This document shows, piece by piece, positions 19,791 through 29,480 of a DNA stretch of 64,000 bases. The translations under genes and the position numbers were made by a program. Origin of the DNA: Candidatus Aenigmatarchaeota archaeon. Its GTDB lineage: Archaea; Aenigmatarchaeota; Aenigmatarchaeia; QMZP01. The stretch covers positions 12,708 to 76,707 of the forward strand of contig JAVZYR010000001.1 in NCBI GenBank assembly GCA_038999435.1, written 5' to 3'. Under the pieces are notes generated by a model, which had not been told where the DNA came from, did no database searches, and saw only the letters and a program-made list of their open reading frames with translations. Each line of letters opens with the position of its first letter. Position 1 is the first letter of the stretch.

Positions 19791-20006
19791 ATGGCAAAGC
19801 TTGCATTCTCAACTTTTAAACAGATTCTGAAGGAGGCATCAAAAGGGATAAGGGTTTCAAAAAATGCAAACATTGCATTTATAGAACATATGGAATCTTA
19901 TGCAAAATCTATAGCAAAGGAAGCTGCAGAGCTTGCACGTCATGCTGGTCGAAAGACGATAACAGAGGATGACATAAAATTTATTCTAAAAAAGAGAAAG
20001 GAATAG
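19791..20006 (+). CDS. Archaeal histone (HMf-like histone fold).
   Basis: Aligns to HMfB across its length, including AKEAAELARHAGRKTITEDDI; AT-rich TATA-like element just upstream. Confidence 0.85.
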   Translation: MAKLAFSTFKQILKEASKGIRVSKNANIAFIEHMESYAKSIAKEAAELARHAGRKTITEDDIKFILKKRKE

Positions 20007-20007
20007 C

Positions 20008-20598
20008 TTATCTTGCACCCTCTGCTTCCTTTTCTATCCTTTGTCTTTCTCTTATCGCAAAACATTTTTGGTCATTTTGATATGCTGCAATTATTTCTTC
20101 TGCTATCGCCTCTGCAAGTGTTTTCTTCTTTCTGAAACAGCTTGAATATACACCTTGTGCAAGATGGCGAAGTGCTAAGTCGAGCCGTCTTTGTGGTGAT
20201 ACTACAACCGCCTTTCTCGCTATTATACCACCAAGCCTATATGCTGCTATTTCTTCAACAATGGCTGAATTCTCTATTGCTTTTATAAATATCTGAACAG
20301 GGTTTGCCTTTAACCTTTTTTCTATAATCTCAAATGCCTCTTTTGTTGAAAGGTAAATATTTTGGATATTTGCAGGGCAGTGCCCAGATGTAATTTTATG
20401 TTTCTTTCCACGATGGCCTGGGACCATAAGCTTATTCATAAATCTTTCAACAATATTAACCCTTTCTTTGTGTAGGTTAGGTATCCATCTCCCTCCAGTC
20501 CTTGGAACAATAATCGGCTTAAGATTTATGTATTTTTTCAATCCTAAATCTTCAACCTTAACATCCTTTGTATCCCATCTATTAAAAAGCAGAATCAT
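20008..20598 (-). CDS. rps7: Ribosomal protein uS7.
   Basis: Archaeal S7 N-terminus ([17 protein letters not shown]); sits after S12. Confidence 0.9.
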   Translation of the reverse strand: MILLFNRWDTKDVKVEDLGLKKYINLKPIIVPRTGGRWIPNLHKERVNIVERFMNKLMVPGHRGKKHKITSGHCPANIQNIYLSTKEAFEIIEKRLKANPVQIFIKAIENSAIVEEIAAYRLGGIIARKAVVVSPQRRLDLALRHLAQGVYSSCFRKKKTLAEAIAEEIIAAYQNDQKCFAIRERQRIEKEAEGAR

Positions 20599-21023
20599 GC
20601 CCCACCTTTAGGTTTCTCTTTTTTACCTTTCAATATCTCAGAAAGAGCAACGCCATTGACCGCAATAACCTTATATTTCACACCATGCATCGAACCAACA
20701 GCCCCACCCTGTGATGCACCAAGGCCCTCAATGATGACCTCATCATGCTCATCTATATGTTGTATTGCACCTGTTTTTGGCACAACAGCCGTTACTTGTA
20801 TGCCATTTTTTAACAACTGACATCTTACAGCCTTAATTATACCTGAATGTGGCTGCTTTTGTTCTATACCTCTTTTTTTAAGAACGATTGCCCTTCCTTG
20901 TGGTGCACCTTCAAGAGGATCAAGGGCCCAGAGTTTGAGAAGCTTCTTCTTTTTTGCACGAGAGTTCCATCTAAACTTTTTCCTCTTTCTCTTCAGATTT
21001 CGTGCTGAAAACAGCCCGCTCAT
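20595..21023 (-). CDS. rps12: Ribosomal protein uS12.
   Basis: [28 protein letters not shown]...[10 protein letters not shown] signature. Confidence 0.9.
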   Translation of the reverse strand: MSGLFSARNLKRKRKKFRWNSRAKKKKLLKLWALDPLEGAPQGRAIVLKKRGIEQKQPHSGIIKAVRCQLLKNGIQVTAVVPKTGAIQHIDEHDEVIIEGLGASQGGAVGSMHGVKYKVIAVNGVALSEILKGKKEKPKGGA

Positions 21024-21058
21024 ATATTCTTCTTATAAATTTATTTATTAATAATGTT

Positions 21059-21487
21059 ATGCAAGAACAAAAATATCCAGAACCAACCTGTGGGGCATTG
21101 ATTTTTAATCCAGAAGGCAGAATACTTTTGATAAAATCATATAAGTGGAAGAATAAATATACAATACCTGGCGGACATATTGAACTTGGAGAGAAGATTA
21201 AAGATACCCTAAAAAGAGAGATAAAAGAAGAGACTGGACTGAATATTCATGACATAAAATTCATCTGCTTTCATGAATTTATTTATGGTAAGGAATTTTG
21301 GAAGAAAAAGCATTTTATCTTTCTTGACTTTGCATGTAAAACAAAATCAAAAAATGTCAGGCTCAATTCAGAGGGACAGGGGTTTGTGTGGGTCACGCTG
21401 AGCAAAGCATTAAAAATGCCAATTGATTCTTATACAAGGAAAACAATAAAAGAATATTTAAAAAAAGCCAAATCTAAAATGCTATAA
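21059..21487 (+). CDS. NUDIX hydrolase.
   Basis: Nudix box GGHIELGEKIKDTLKREIKEETGL; start trimmed to the internal Met to avoid overlap with rps12. Confidence 0.8.
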   Translation: MQEQKYPEPTCGALIFNPEGRILLIKSYKWKNKYTIPGGHIELGEKIKDTLKREIKEETGLNIHDIKFICFHEFIYGKEFWKKKHFIFLDFACKTKSKNVRLNSEGQGFVWVTLSKALKMPIDSYTRKTIKEYLKKAKSKML

Positions 21488-21685
21488 CAACTTTCTTCTC
21501 GTTGCAACAGCAACAGATATCCAGCAAAGCCCTCCAAGTAATACGAGAAGGAATGCAATTGCCAAAGCAAGCATATACGAGGTTGTTGAAACACCAACTG
21601 TCATTTCAAGCCTCTGTGTAATCCATATCGCTGCCAGCAGAAATATTGAGCCAATAATCCATACAGCCACAAGTTTTCCTGACAT
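21482..21685 (-). CDS. Small two-TM membrane protein, hypothetical.
   Basis: ORF directly following rpoD on the same strand. Confidence 0.35.
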   Translation of the reverse strand: MSGKLVAVWIIGSIFLLAAIWITQRLEMTVGVSTTSYMLALAIAFLLVLLGGLCWISVAVATRRKLL

Positions 21686-21686
21686 A

Positions 21687-22451
21687 TTAAGCTTTGGAGA
21701 GAAGCTTTTTAAATTCTTCTGCCTTTCCTATCAGTATCTCAGCAGCCTTTTTCACTATGTAATCAGGCTCAAGCCCTGATACGGATTCTATCCTGAATAT
21801 GAATTTGCTCTCATCACCTTTTATGTTAATTTCTGGTTCGCATGCCCTACACATATCACATTTTACAGGGTCTTTTAACAAAACCTTTTTTCCACTAACT
21901 TCTAAAATATCTTTTGGACATTTCTTTGCAGCTTTATCTGCCCCCTCACCTGTTTTAGCAATCTCAGGCCAATACTGATATCCAACTATTGCTGCCTGAT
22001 GCCTAGCATGTTCTTTTCCTATACCAAGCCTTGCTACAGCTTCTAATCTTATACTTTGTCCTTCAAGAAGTTCAACAATTGGAAAATCTGGACTAAGTGG
22101 TTTAACTGTTTTGTTTGAAGATATCATATCACCAGAATAAACAGTGCAAGGGCCACGCTTTTCTATTATAAATGAAACCTGGCATAAACTACATCCTTTC
22201 CCACCACATTTACATTCTTCAGAAAAATTAAATTTTTCCGGATCTGCTATAAGAGGTATAAGGCCTATTCTATGCGCTATCATTTCATCAAAGAGTATTG
22301 AAGTATTTTCATGTACATCTATCCATTTCACAGCTAGCACAGGAATCTCAGATTGCATGATTCTTCTCAATGCATTTGCAAAGGCAGGACTTGACCCTTC
22401 TAAAATAAATGTCAGCTTCTTTCCATCCTTTTTAACCATTTTAATTTTCAT
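21687..22451 (-). CDS. rpoD: DNA-directed RNA polymerase subunit D (Rpo3) with a ferredoxin-like Cys cluster domain.
   Basis: N-terminus LTFILEGSSPAFANALRRIM; Cys clusters CKCGGKGCSLC and CDMCRAC. Confidence 0.85.
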   Translation of the reverse strand: MKIKMVKKDGKKLTFILEGSSPAFANALRRIMQSEIPVLAVKWIDVHENTSILFDEMIAHRIGLIPLIADPEKFNFSEECKCGGKGCSLCQVSFIIEKRGPCTVYSGDMISSNKTVKPLSPDFPIVELLEGQSIRLEAVARLGIGKEHARHQAAIVGYQYWPEIAKTGEGADKAAKKCPKDILEVSGKKVLLKDPVKCDMCRACEPEINIKGDESKFIFRIESVSGLEPDYIVKKAAEILIGKAEEFKKLLSKA

Positions 22452-22452
22452 A

Positions 22453-22845
22453 TCAATATCTTATCAATTTCAATTCAGCATTAAAATATTTTTCAACAAT
22501 CTCTTTTGCTATTTGTGCCCTTTTCCCGCTCACAGGATATTCAACATATGCAGTGATCACATTTTTATCCATCTCTAATTGTTTAACATAAGGTATCATA
22601 CCTTTTATTGTTTTCTCTACATCTTTTTCTATCCCAATAATTTGTACAGGTCTATTGATGATCTTTGATAAGGTTTTGATATTCATTCCATTTTTTCCTG
22701 TTATTGTGCCAATTTTTTTCCCATCAACCAGAAAATAGACACATTCATCTTTTGTTATGCAATCTATCGGGTGATTTTTGGTTATTTTTTCAAATGAAAC
22801 AATGTTTCTAAATTCTTCAGTTGAGAGCTTTTTTGCTACTTGCAT
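22453..22845 (-). CDS. nusA: KH-domain protein, probably archaeal NusA-like transcription factor.
   Basis: KH motif VDGKKIGTITGKNGMNIKTL; position immediately after L30e, as in the archaeal L30e-NusA-S12-S7 cluster. Confidence 0.55.
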   Translation of the reverse strand: MQVAKKLSTEEFRNIVSFEKITKNHPIDCITKDECVYFLVDGKKIGTITGKNGMNIKTLSKIINRPVQIIGIEKDVEKTIKGMIPYVKQLEMDKNVITAYVEYPVSGKRAQIAKEIVEKYFNAELKLIRY

Positions 22846-23099
22846 ATTCCCACCATTAATGTGCTGAATGGTTTTCCACAGATTTGACCTAATCTCTTTG
22901 AATCACCATCAAATGCAACAATTTTTATTTTTGATATTTTTGCATAATAATTTAAATTTTTAACAACATCCTCAGGGCAGTTTTTTGCATAAAATATCTC
23001 CTCTATCTTACCTCTTTTCGCCATTTTAAAAACTATTTTGCTGCCTATACATATATTTCCTTTTTTCACTGCTTGCAAAATCTCTTTTTCAATAGACAT
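22836..23099 (-). CDS. rpl30e: Ribosomal protein eL30 (L30e/L7Ae fold).
   Basis: GSKIVFKMAKRGKIEEIFYAKNCPEDVVKNLNYYAKISKIKIVAFDGDSKRLGQICGKPF; start set at MSIEKEI. Confidence 0.8.
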   Translation of the reverse strand: MSIEKEILQAVKKGNICIGSKIVFKMAKRGKIEEIFYAKNCPEDVVKNLNYYAKISKIKIVAFDGDSKRLGQICGKPFSTLMVGICK

Positions 23100-23475
23100 A
23101 ACCAAGTAGAACACCACCTGTACCTTTTTTCTTAGCATCATTATGGGTCATTACCCCATTCGGTGTACTTATTATGAGTATGCCTATGTTTGCTGCTGGC
23201 AGATATCTTTTTTCGAATTTTATTATTTCATTCTTAGAAGCAGAAAACCTTGGCCTTATTGCACCACAATTATTTATTTTTCCAGAAAGTTTTATCCTTA
23301 ACAGTCCACTTTTTCCGTCTTCTATGAATGTGACATCTGATATGTATTTTTCTTTTTGCATTATTTTCAGTATTGCTTTTGCAAGATTCGAAGCAGGGAT
23401 TATGCATTCCTTTTTACCCATCGCTTCCGCATTTCTTATTATTGTGAACATATCAGATATCAAATCGTGTTTCAT
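23089..23475 (-). CDS. rps8: Ribosomal protein uS8.
   Basis: DLISDMFTIIRNAEAMGKKE...GLLRIKL; start set at MKHD, 1 nt after the rps14 stop. Confidence 0.85.
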   Translation of the reverse strand: MKHDLISDMFTIIRNAEAMGKKECIIPASNLAKAILKIMQKEKYISDVTFIEDGKSGLLRIKLSGKINNCGAIRPRFSASKNEIIKFEKRYLPAANIGILIISTPNGVMTHNDAKKKGTGGVLLGYVY

Positions 23476-23476
23476 A

Positions 23477-23698
23477 TTACTGATATTTTTTAAACCCAAG
23501 TTTTTCTGCAACCTCCCTAAAGCATTGTCTACAATAATTAAGGCCGTATTTTCTCACAACACCTCTCGTTTTTCCACAAATCTTGCATGGATGTACAGAT
23601 TTTCCAAACTTCCTTTTTTTCGGTGAGCAAAATTTATCAAACCTTGCCAATTTTACCGGCTTCTCTTTTAACTGATTTCTTATTTCTTCTCTTGTCAT
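23477..23698 (-). CDS. rps14: Ribosomal protein uS14 (zinc-binding type).
   Basis: [25 protein letters not shown]. Confidence 0.85.
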   Translation of the reverse strand: MTREEIRNQLKEKPVKLARFDKFCSPKKRKFGKSVHPCKICGKTRGVVRKYGLNYCRQCFREVAEKLGFKKYQ

Positions 23699-24201
23699 AC
23701 TATTCTAACACCGAGATTTGTTTTAACCCAATTTATTGTATCCTCTTTTGTTATCATATGTCTTTTGCCTATTTTTTTCTTTTTAATTTTTCTCATTTTT
23801 ATTCTAAAACCCGGCCTTTTTAAAGTCACACAAACATCCATCCCAAGAAGGCCTATTTCAGGTATATATCGAACACCAGGTATGTGAACATATTCTTTAA
23901 CACCAAATGAAAAATTCCCAGCATCAAATTGCGTTGCAGAGAGTTTATTATCATTTGCTTGCAAGAATCTTTTTAACCATTCCATTGCTTCCTTTCCTCT
24001 CAATGTAACCTTTACACCTATTGGCCTTCCTTTAGCCATGCCAAATGTGGTTCTTTTTTTTGTTTTTGTTATAACAACTTTTTTACCTATTATTTTTTCA
24101 AGTAAGGTTTTTGCCTTCTCAAGTTTTGGCCCTGCCTCTCCTGCGCCTATGTTAATTGTTACCTTTTCCAGTCTTATCTCCCGCATCGGATTTTCTTCCA
24201 T
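23695..24201 (-). CDS. rpl5: Ribosomal protein uL5.
   Basis: [14 protein letters not shown]...; conserved position between S4e and S14. Confidence 0.9.
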   Translation of the reverse strand: MEENPMREIRLEKVTINIGAGEAGPKLEKAKTLLEKIIGKKVVITKTKKRTTFGMAKGRPIGVKVTLRGKEAMEWLKRFLQANDNKLSATQFDAGNFSFGVKEYVHIPGVRYIPEIGLLGMDVCVTLKRPGFRIKMRKIKKKKIGKRHMITKEDTINWVKTNLGVRIV

Positions 24202-24874
24202 GTTCGCCTCCTAAAACCAATACGTATTCCTTAAGCGTTTCTATACTTTCATTTTGGCTCTTTATTTTAACAGTAGAAACCTGAGTCAAGTCTTTCCTTT
24301 CTTTAATACTCTCTATTTTTCCTTTGGTTCCTATATTTTTACCAGATATGATAATTGCTGTCTGACCTTTTTCAAAAGGATAATGGTCTAATATCTTTTG
24401 TTCAGGTATTGATATGAGAAGGCTATCCCCTGTTTTGTATTTTTTGTCTTTAACTAAAATATTTCGACCATCATGTAGGTTAAGTTGGATAAGACCTCCC
24501 TTTACATTTTTCTTTCCTATTATTTTGCATATCTTTGTTTCAGCATCTTTCTTTCCTATTTTTTCAAGTTCATATCCTCTTTTCCCAGGTACTACGCGAT
24601 AAATACCAAAACCTTCTATATCAATTACATCCATAAGCCCAACAGGAAATGCTGGCTCTTTTCTAACCTTTCCATCAATCTTTACCTTGCCCTCTTTAAT
24701 GATTTTTTTTGCCTCTTTTGCTGTATCAGCAATACCAAATTTATCCCTTAATATAATCTGAAGAGGGAGACATGCATGGGCAGGATGGGGCCCTGGCTTA
24801 GGTCTTACGACCCAAGTATATGGCTTAACGGGTAATCTCCACTCAATCGGCATTGCATATCTTTTGAGTCTCAT
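24152..24874 (-). CDS. rps4e: Ribosomal protein eS4.
   Basis: HLKRL-like N-terminus MRLKRYAMPIEWRLPVK..W.VRPKPGPH; KOW-like middle region. Confidence 0.9.
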   Translation of the reverse strand: MRLKRYAMPIEWRLPVKPYTWVVRPKPGPHPAHACLPLQIILRDKFGIADTAKEAKKIIKEGKVKIDGKVRKEPAFPVGLMDVIDIEGFGIYRVVPGKRGYELEKIGKKDAETKICKIIGKKNVKGGLIQLNLHDGRNILVKDKKYKTGDSLLISIPEQKILDHYPFEKGQTAIIISGKNIGTKGKIESIKERKDLTQVSTVKIKSQNESIETLKEYVLVLGGEHGRKSDAGDKTGKGNN

Positions 24875-25251
24875 TTTTTGCTTAATACCTCCATTCTTTT
24901 CTTATCATCAAGATTTAGGCTTATTATTTTAAGATTAGATGCATTAATAGGTCTCAAAACCTCACTCCCATCTGCCTTTTTCATTTTAAGCCCTTCAATC
25001 CAGACCTTTGCATCTCTAAGGCTTATTCTTTCCACTTTTCCTTTAAATCCCTTTTTATCTCCAACCTCAATCTCAACCTCATCACCTTTTCTTAGTGGAA
25101 GTGACCTCCTGCCATATTTTTTTCTAAGTTCAGCTGAGAGATGCGCAGATACAAACTTTCTTCTCACATGCAATGGTGCGTTTGCTATATATTTTCTCTG
25201 CTTTCTTGGTTGTTTGCTACCCTTCCATTTATTTGACCATCTCCTTTTCAT
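24871..25251 (-). CDS. rpl24: Ribosomal protein uL24.
   Basis: KOW motif LRKGDEVEIEVGDKKGFKGKVERI. Confidence 0.9.
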   Translation of the reverse strand: MKRRWSNKWKGSKQPRKQRKYIANAPLHVRRKFVSAHLSAELRKKYGRRSLPLRKGDEVEIEVGDKKGFKGKVERISLRDAKVWIEGLKMKKADGSEVLRPINASNLKIISLNLDDKKRMEVLSKK

Positions 25252-25646
25252 ACTACTATACTTGCAATTTTGCCTATTGCTGTAAACCTCTCAACAACCT
25301 CCCTTGCAACAGGCCCTTTAATCATCGTTGCTTTTGGTTCAAACCTATCATCTACTAATACTGCTGCATTATCTTCAAATGAGATAGATATACCATTTGG
25401 TCTTTTCCATACCTTTTTCTGTCTTATTATCACAGCCTTTACAACTTGATGTCTTATATTTTCATTACCCTTACTGACCCTGCATGTTACCACATCCCCA
25501 ACACCTATTCTTTGTGCAAGCCTCCATCTTGTTTTTATAGTTTTAGCAGATATGATTTGAAGTTCTTTTGCCCCAGAATTATCAGCGCAAACAAGGTAGC
25601 TACCAACAGATAACCCACGAACCATTTTTGATGTCAAGGCTTTCAT
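25248..25646 (-). CDS. rpl14: Ribosomal protein uL14.
   Basis: YLVCADNSGAKELQIISAK signature. Confidence 0.9.
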   Translation of the reverse strand: MKALTSKMVRGLSVGSYLVCADNSGAKELQIISAKTIKTRWRLAQRIGVGDVVTCRVSKGNENIRHQVVKAVIIRQKKVWKRPNGISISFEDNAAVLVDDRFEPKATMIKGPVAREVVERFTAIGKIASIVV

Positions 25647-25981
25647 TTTTGTCCCTCCTTTTCAATTTTTGCAACTATAACAAAATTTTTTGTTTTTGAG
25701 AGTGGTCTGCATTCGGCTATTAGCACATTGTCGCCTTCTTTTGCTTTTATGCAATCAGGGTTATGTGCGGATACTTTTGACCTCTTTTTTTCAAACCTTT
25801 CATATTTTGGAACCCAATGATGATACTCCCATTCAACTACAGCAGTCCTCATCATTCTTACCGACTTTACCCTACCTTCAAATATCCTTCCTCTTACTGA
25901 TAGACTGCCATGCCAAGGACAGCGTGTATCCTTGCACACCTTTTCAGGCGGTTTGACATCTATACCTATCGATTTCTTCAT
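25643..25981 (-). CDS. rps17: Ribosomal protein uS17.
   Basis: GRVKSVRMMRTAVVE...NVLIAECRPLSKTKNFVIV. Confidence 0.9.
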   Translation of the reverse strand: MKKSIGIDVKPPEKVCKDTRCPWHGSLSVRGRIFEGRVKSVRMMRTAVVEWEYHHWVPKYERFEKKRSKVSAHNPDCIKAKEGDNVLIAECRPLSKTKNFVIVAKIEKEGQK

Positions 25982-26021
25982 AATGATTATGAATTTATTT
26001 TATATTTAAGTTTGTGTTTTA

Positions 26022-26294
26022 TCAAATTTTCAAAAACCTCTTTTTTATTCTATCCTCTGGCCTTATCAAAAGTACCTTTCCATTAATCTTTATCCATCTC
26101 TTTCCCACCTTAAATTCAAAAACACAATTTTCCTTTGGTATTTTTATAATTTTTCCTTTTGCATCTATACTAAACATATTTTTTGTTTCATCGACTATTC
26201 TACCTTCAATCCCAACCCATTGTGGATTTGTACTCTCAACAACTTTAATGGACATTCCAATAAATTCGGTCTTTGCAATCTTCTCTATATTCAT
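26022..26294 (-). CDS. rnp1: RNase P protein component 1 (Rpp29/Pop4).
   Basis: Sm-like GIEGRIVDETKNMF..IDAKGKIIKIPK; canonical position between SUI1/L29 and S17. Confidence 0.75.
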   Translation of the reverse strand: MNIEKIAKTEFIGMSIKVVESTNPQWVGIEGRIVDETKNMFSIDAKGKIIKIPKENCVFEFKVGKRWIKINGKVLLIRPEDRIKKRFLKI

Positions 26295-26596
26295 GTTATT
26301 TCAATTTGTTCTTCAGGAAAACCGAGTTTAATCAAAATACTCTTTATTTTTTCTTTATGATTTCCTTGTAACTCTATTGCATTATCCCTTATCGTGCCAC
26401 CACACGCAAGCCTGGTTTTAAGTTCCTTAAATATCGGTTTTATATCTATCTCTTCTGATATACCCTGCACGATTGTTGCAGTTTTTCCGTATCTTCTTTG
26501 TACAGTAAAAACCCGTATCTTTTCTCTTTCTTTTGCCAATATTTCACAAGTACAGAGCTCCTTAGGAAGCCCACATTTGGGACAAATTTCAGGCAT
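26291..26596 (-). CDS. eif1: Translation initiation factor SUI1 (aIF1).
   Basis: RRYGKTATIVQGI...LKTRLACGGTI. Confidence 0.85.
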   Translation of the reverse strand: MPEICPKCGLPKELCTCEILAKEREKIRVFTVQRRYGKTATIVQGISEEIDIKPIFKELKTRLACGGTIRDNAIELQGNHKEKIKSILIKLGFPEEQIEIT

Positions 26597-26792
26597 GTCT
26601 TTGTTGTGACATATGCATCTTTATCCTTGCTATCGTCTTTCTTATTTCTTTTATCTTCCCTGGAGAAGAAACAGATGCGCCTACTGCTATATTAGCCCTT
26701 TCTTTTGCTAACTCCATCTCAAATTCAGCTAATTTAGCTTCAAGCTCTTTTGCTCCAAGCTTTTTGATGTCTTTATATTTTAAAATAGCCAT
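26589..26792 (-). CDS. rpl29: Ribosomal protein uL29.
   Basis: LGAKELEAKLAEFEMELAKERANIAVG. Confidence 0.85.
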   Translation of the reverse strand: MAILKYKDIKKLGAKELEAKLAEFEMELAKERANIAVGASVSSPGKIKEIRKTIARIKMHMSQQRHA

Positions 26793-26818
26793 GGATATGA
26801 ATTTTATTTATTTTATAT

Positions 26819-27484
26819 TTAAATTTCTTCTACCTCCTCTTTCTCTGCCTTTTCAACAACATCAATTAACATCTCTGCCCTTTCTTTGATTTCTTTTGGC
26901 TTTATCCTTTTCCCTGTTATATCTTCATATTCACACATTATCCTTACTTTTATCCCAATTTTACCAGGTTTTGTTTGTGCCTCTTCATATGCTTCATCAA
27001 CAAGCCTATTTTTTGGCTCCCCACATATTTCAAGATGGCCCTTTCTGAATTTGGCAGTCATTGCTTTTGCCCCACCAAGTTTTCCTGAGAATGTTATCTC
27101 AACACCAATTGCACCAGCAGCCATAATCCTTTCAACTGCAAGGTTTCCAATCCTTTTGTAATTGAATCCTTTTTCTATTGCAGATGCTATCTGTTTTGCC
27201 ATAATCTTTGCATCAAGGTCAGGGTTTTGGACAAGTTTAACATCTATTTGAGGATTTTCTAACCCAAATTTTTGTTTTATTGCATCTGTTATCTCTGTAA
27301 TAGTTTTTCCACCTCTTCCTATAATCCTGCCTGGTTTGTCTGTCCATATCACAATCCTTATCCCAAGAGGGGTTCTTTGCAGCTCTGTTCGTGAATAGTC
27401 ACCAACAGGAAAATTTTCCTTTATAAATTTCTCAACCTCAAGTTCCTTTATACCCTGATTTACAAAAAATGAATCTGTTTTCAT
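26819..27484 (-). CDS. rps3: Ribosomal protein uS3.
   Basis: KH domain IVIWTDKPGRIIGRGGKTITEI. Confidence 0.9.
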   Translation of the reverse strand: MKTDSFFVNQGIKELEVEKFIKENFPVGDYSRTELQRTPLGIRIVIWTDKPGRIIGRGGKTITEITDAIKQKFGLENPQIDVKLVQNPDLDAKIMAKQIASAIEKGFNYKRIGNLAVERIMAAGAIGVEITFSGKLGGAKAMTAKFRKGHLEICGEPKNRLVDEAYEEAQTKPGKIGIKVRIMCEYEDITGKRIKPKEIKERAEMLIDVVEKAEKEEVEEI

Positions 27485-27864
27485 CTCTCCTCTAATACCA
27501 CCTGAATGTGTGTCATTCTTCTTGTTTGTCCTCTTAACTTAAATCTTCTTGGCCTTCTTGCGGTCCAACCACGATGTGCAGATGCATGAACGAATAGCCT
27601 TTCAGAATCAAGGCCTTTTGCTTCAGCATTTTTTTCAGCAGAATTTAAAAGCTCAAGTACAGAGCTTGCTGTTTTTGTGTAATATTTTCCGTTAAGCGAA
27701 GCCCTTTCGGATATCAGCTCATTGAGAAACTTCTTTGCTTTGTCAAGCCTGAGCCCAGTAATTGCCTTGCAGATAGCTACAGAATGTTTTGTTGATATAC
27801 TTAATCCTCTACCATACGCCTTTGCAAAGTTTTTCGATTTTGGGGTATAGGCATATCTTAGCAT
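27481..27864 (-). CDS. rpl22: Ribosomal protein uL22.
   Basis: KNFAKAYGRGLSISTKHSVAICKAI. Confidence 0.9.
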   Translation of the reverse strand: MLRYAYTPKSKNFAKAYGRGLSISTKHSVAICKAITGLRLDKAKKFLNELISERASLNGKYYTKTASSVLELLNSAEKNAEAKGLDSERLFVHASAHRGWTARRPRRFKLRGQTRRMTHIQVVLEER

Positions 27865-28361
27865 TACTTACCCTCCTTTTTCTGTGCTGTACTTGAACCA
27901 GGTTGTGCCTTTTTTCTTATCACACCAACACTTCTGCCTTTTCTAAAAGATGATCTGGTCCTCTGTCCCCTTACAGGCAGTCCTGCTGCATGTCTAACGC
28001 CACGATAGCATTTGATTCTTTTGAGTTCATTTATATCAAAACTTACAGCAAAATCGAGCTGTGAGCTTAAAAGATGTCTTGTTTGACCTGTTGGGTCTTT
28101 TCTTCTATTAAAAAGCCAAACAGGTATTCCATATTTTTCTGGTTGATGCAGCATATCCTCCAATTTTTTAATTTCAGCCTCATTTAGTTCAGAAAGCTTT
28201 TTCCCGTAAAAACCGCCTGCATGGGCTATAGCATTAGCAAATGAAAAAGATATACCTTTTATTTTCATTAAAGCCCGTGCTACATCTTTCTGTCCATCCA
28301 AATCCGTTTCGGCTAACCTTATTATTTCTTGCCCCTTTTCTTTACCAATCTGTTTTGCCAT
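27864..28361 (-). CDS. rps13: Ribosomal protein uS13.
   Basis: Ends ...HAAGLPVRGQRTRSSFRKG; KIKGIS...ANAIAHAGG; unexpectedly placed directly upstream of L22. Confidence 0.8.
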   Translation of the reverse strand: MAKQIGKEKGQEIIRLAETDLDGQKDVARALMKIKGISFSFANAIAHAGGFYGKKLSELNEAEIKKLEDMLHQPEKYGIPVWLFNRRKDPTGQTRHLLSSQLDFAVSFDINELKRIKCYRGVRHAAGLPVRGQRTRSSFRKGRSVGVIRKKAQPGSSTAQKKEGK

Positions 28362-28395
28362 ATTTGCTTATTATTTAAATTATTTTAAATAAATA

Positions 28396-29205
28396 GTGAC
28401 TATGAGATTTTCAGTTTACACCATTGATGGAAAGAGGACTGGCCATATAGATTTAGCCAGGCTTTTCTCAATACCCATTAGGGATGATGTCATAAAAAAG
28501 GCTGTTCTGGCAGAGAGGGCAGCTGCGCGTCAACCTTATGGCCGAGATGAACTAGCCGGAAAAAGGACATCTGCACATTATCATGGTTTGAGGCATTATA
28601 GATGGACTATGATGAACAGAGAGATGGCAAGAATGAAAAGGATACATCATCAAGGCTATCTTGAATGGACAGCCCGGTTTGTACCACAGGCCGTTAAAGG
28701 TAGACTTGCACACCCTCCACTCGTAGAAAAAGTATGGAAACAAAAAATAAACAAAAAGGAAAGGATTCTTGCATTGTTATCTGCAGCCAGCGCGACAGCT
28801 ATCCCTCAACTTGTAAAAAACAGAGGTCACAAATTAGAGAATGTTCAGCTACCAATTATAGTTGAGGATGACATTGAGGCTATAAAAAAGGCAAAAGAAC
28901 TTGAGGCTTTTCTTAAAAAGATAGGGCTTGAACATGAAATAGAAAGGATAAGAAAAACAAAACAAAGAGCAGGAAAGGGTAAAAGGAGAGGGAGAAGAAT
29001 CATAAAAAGAAAAGGGCCATTGATCGTCATAAAAAAGGATAGAGGGATAGGCCTAATTTCAAGTATTCCTGGTATTGACATAGTTAATGCAGAAAAGCTT
29101 ACGGTATCGCATCTTGCCCCTGGAACAACACCAGGTAGGCTATGTATATGGAGCAAGGGGGCATGCGAGTTTATAGACAAATTAGGTGAAAAAATAGGTG
29201 GTTGA
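28396..29205 (+). CDS. rpl4: Ribosomal protein uL4 (L1e-type).
   Basis: VYTIDGKRTGHIDL...QPYGRDELAGKRTSAHYHG. Confidence 0.85.
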   Translation: MTMRFSVYTIDGKRTGHIDLARLFSIPIRDDVIKKAVLAERAAARQPYGRDELAGKRTSAHYHGLRHYRWTMMNREMARMKRIHHQGYLEWTARFVPQAVKGRLAHPPLVEKVWKQKINKKERILALLSAASATAIPQLVKNRGHKLENVQLPIIVEDDIEAIKKAKELEAFLKKIGLEHEIERIRKTKQRAGKGKRRGRRIIKRKGPLIVIKKDRGIGLISSIPGIDIVNAEKLTVSHLAPGTTPGRLCIWSKGACEFIDKLGEKIGG

Positions 29206-29470
29206 TATGGCAGGATTTTGGGAGATAATAAAATATCCACATCTGGTTGAAAAGTCAATAAACCTTGTAGAAAAAGAGAACAAACTCGTTTTAATAATTA
29301 ATAGAAGATACAACAAAAAAGAGATTAAAAAGGCTGTTGAAGATGAGTTTAAGGTTAAGGTCCTCTCTGTTCGAGTCCAAAATACACCAAAAGGTGTTAA
29401 AAAGGCATATATAAAATTAAGCCCTGAGCATTCGGCATCAGAGATTGCATCAAGGCTTGGTATGGTGTAG
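29198..29470 (+). CDS. rpl23: Ribosomal protein uL23.
   Basis: IIKYPHLVEKSINLVEKENKLVLIINRRYNKKEIKKAVEDEFKVKV. Confidence 0.85.
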   Translation: MVDMAGFWEIIKYPHLVEKSINLVEKENKLVLIINRRYNKKEIKKAVEDEFKVKVLSVRVQNTPKGVKKAYIKLSPEHSASEIASRLGMV

Positions 29471-29480
29471 GTGAGATTGT

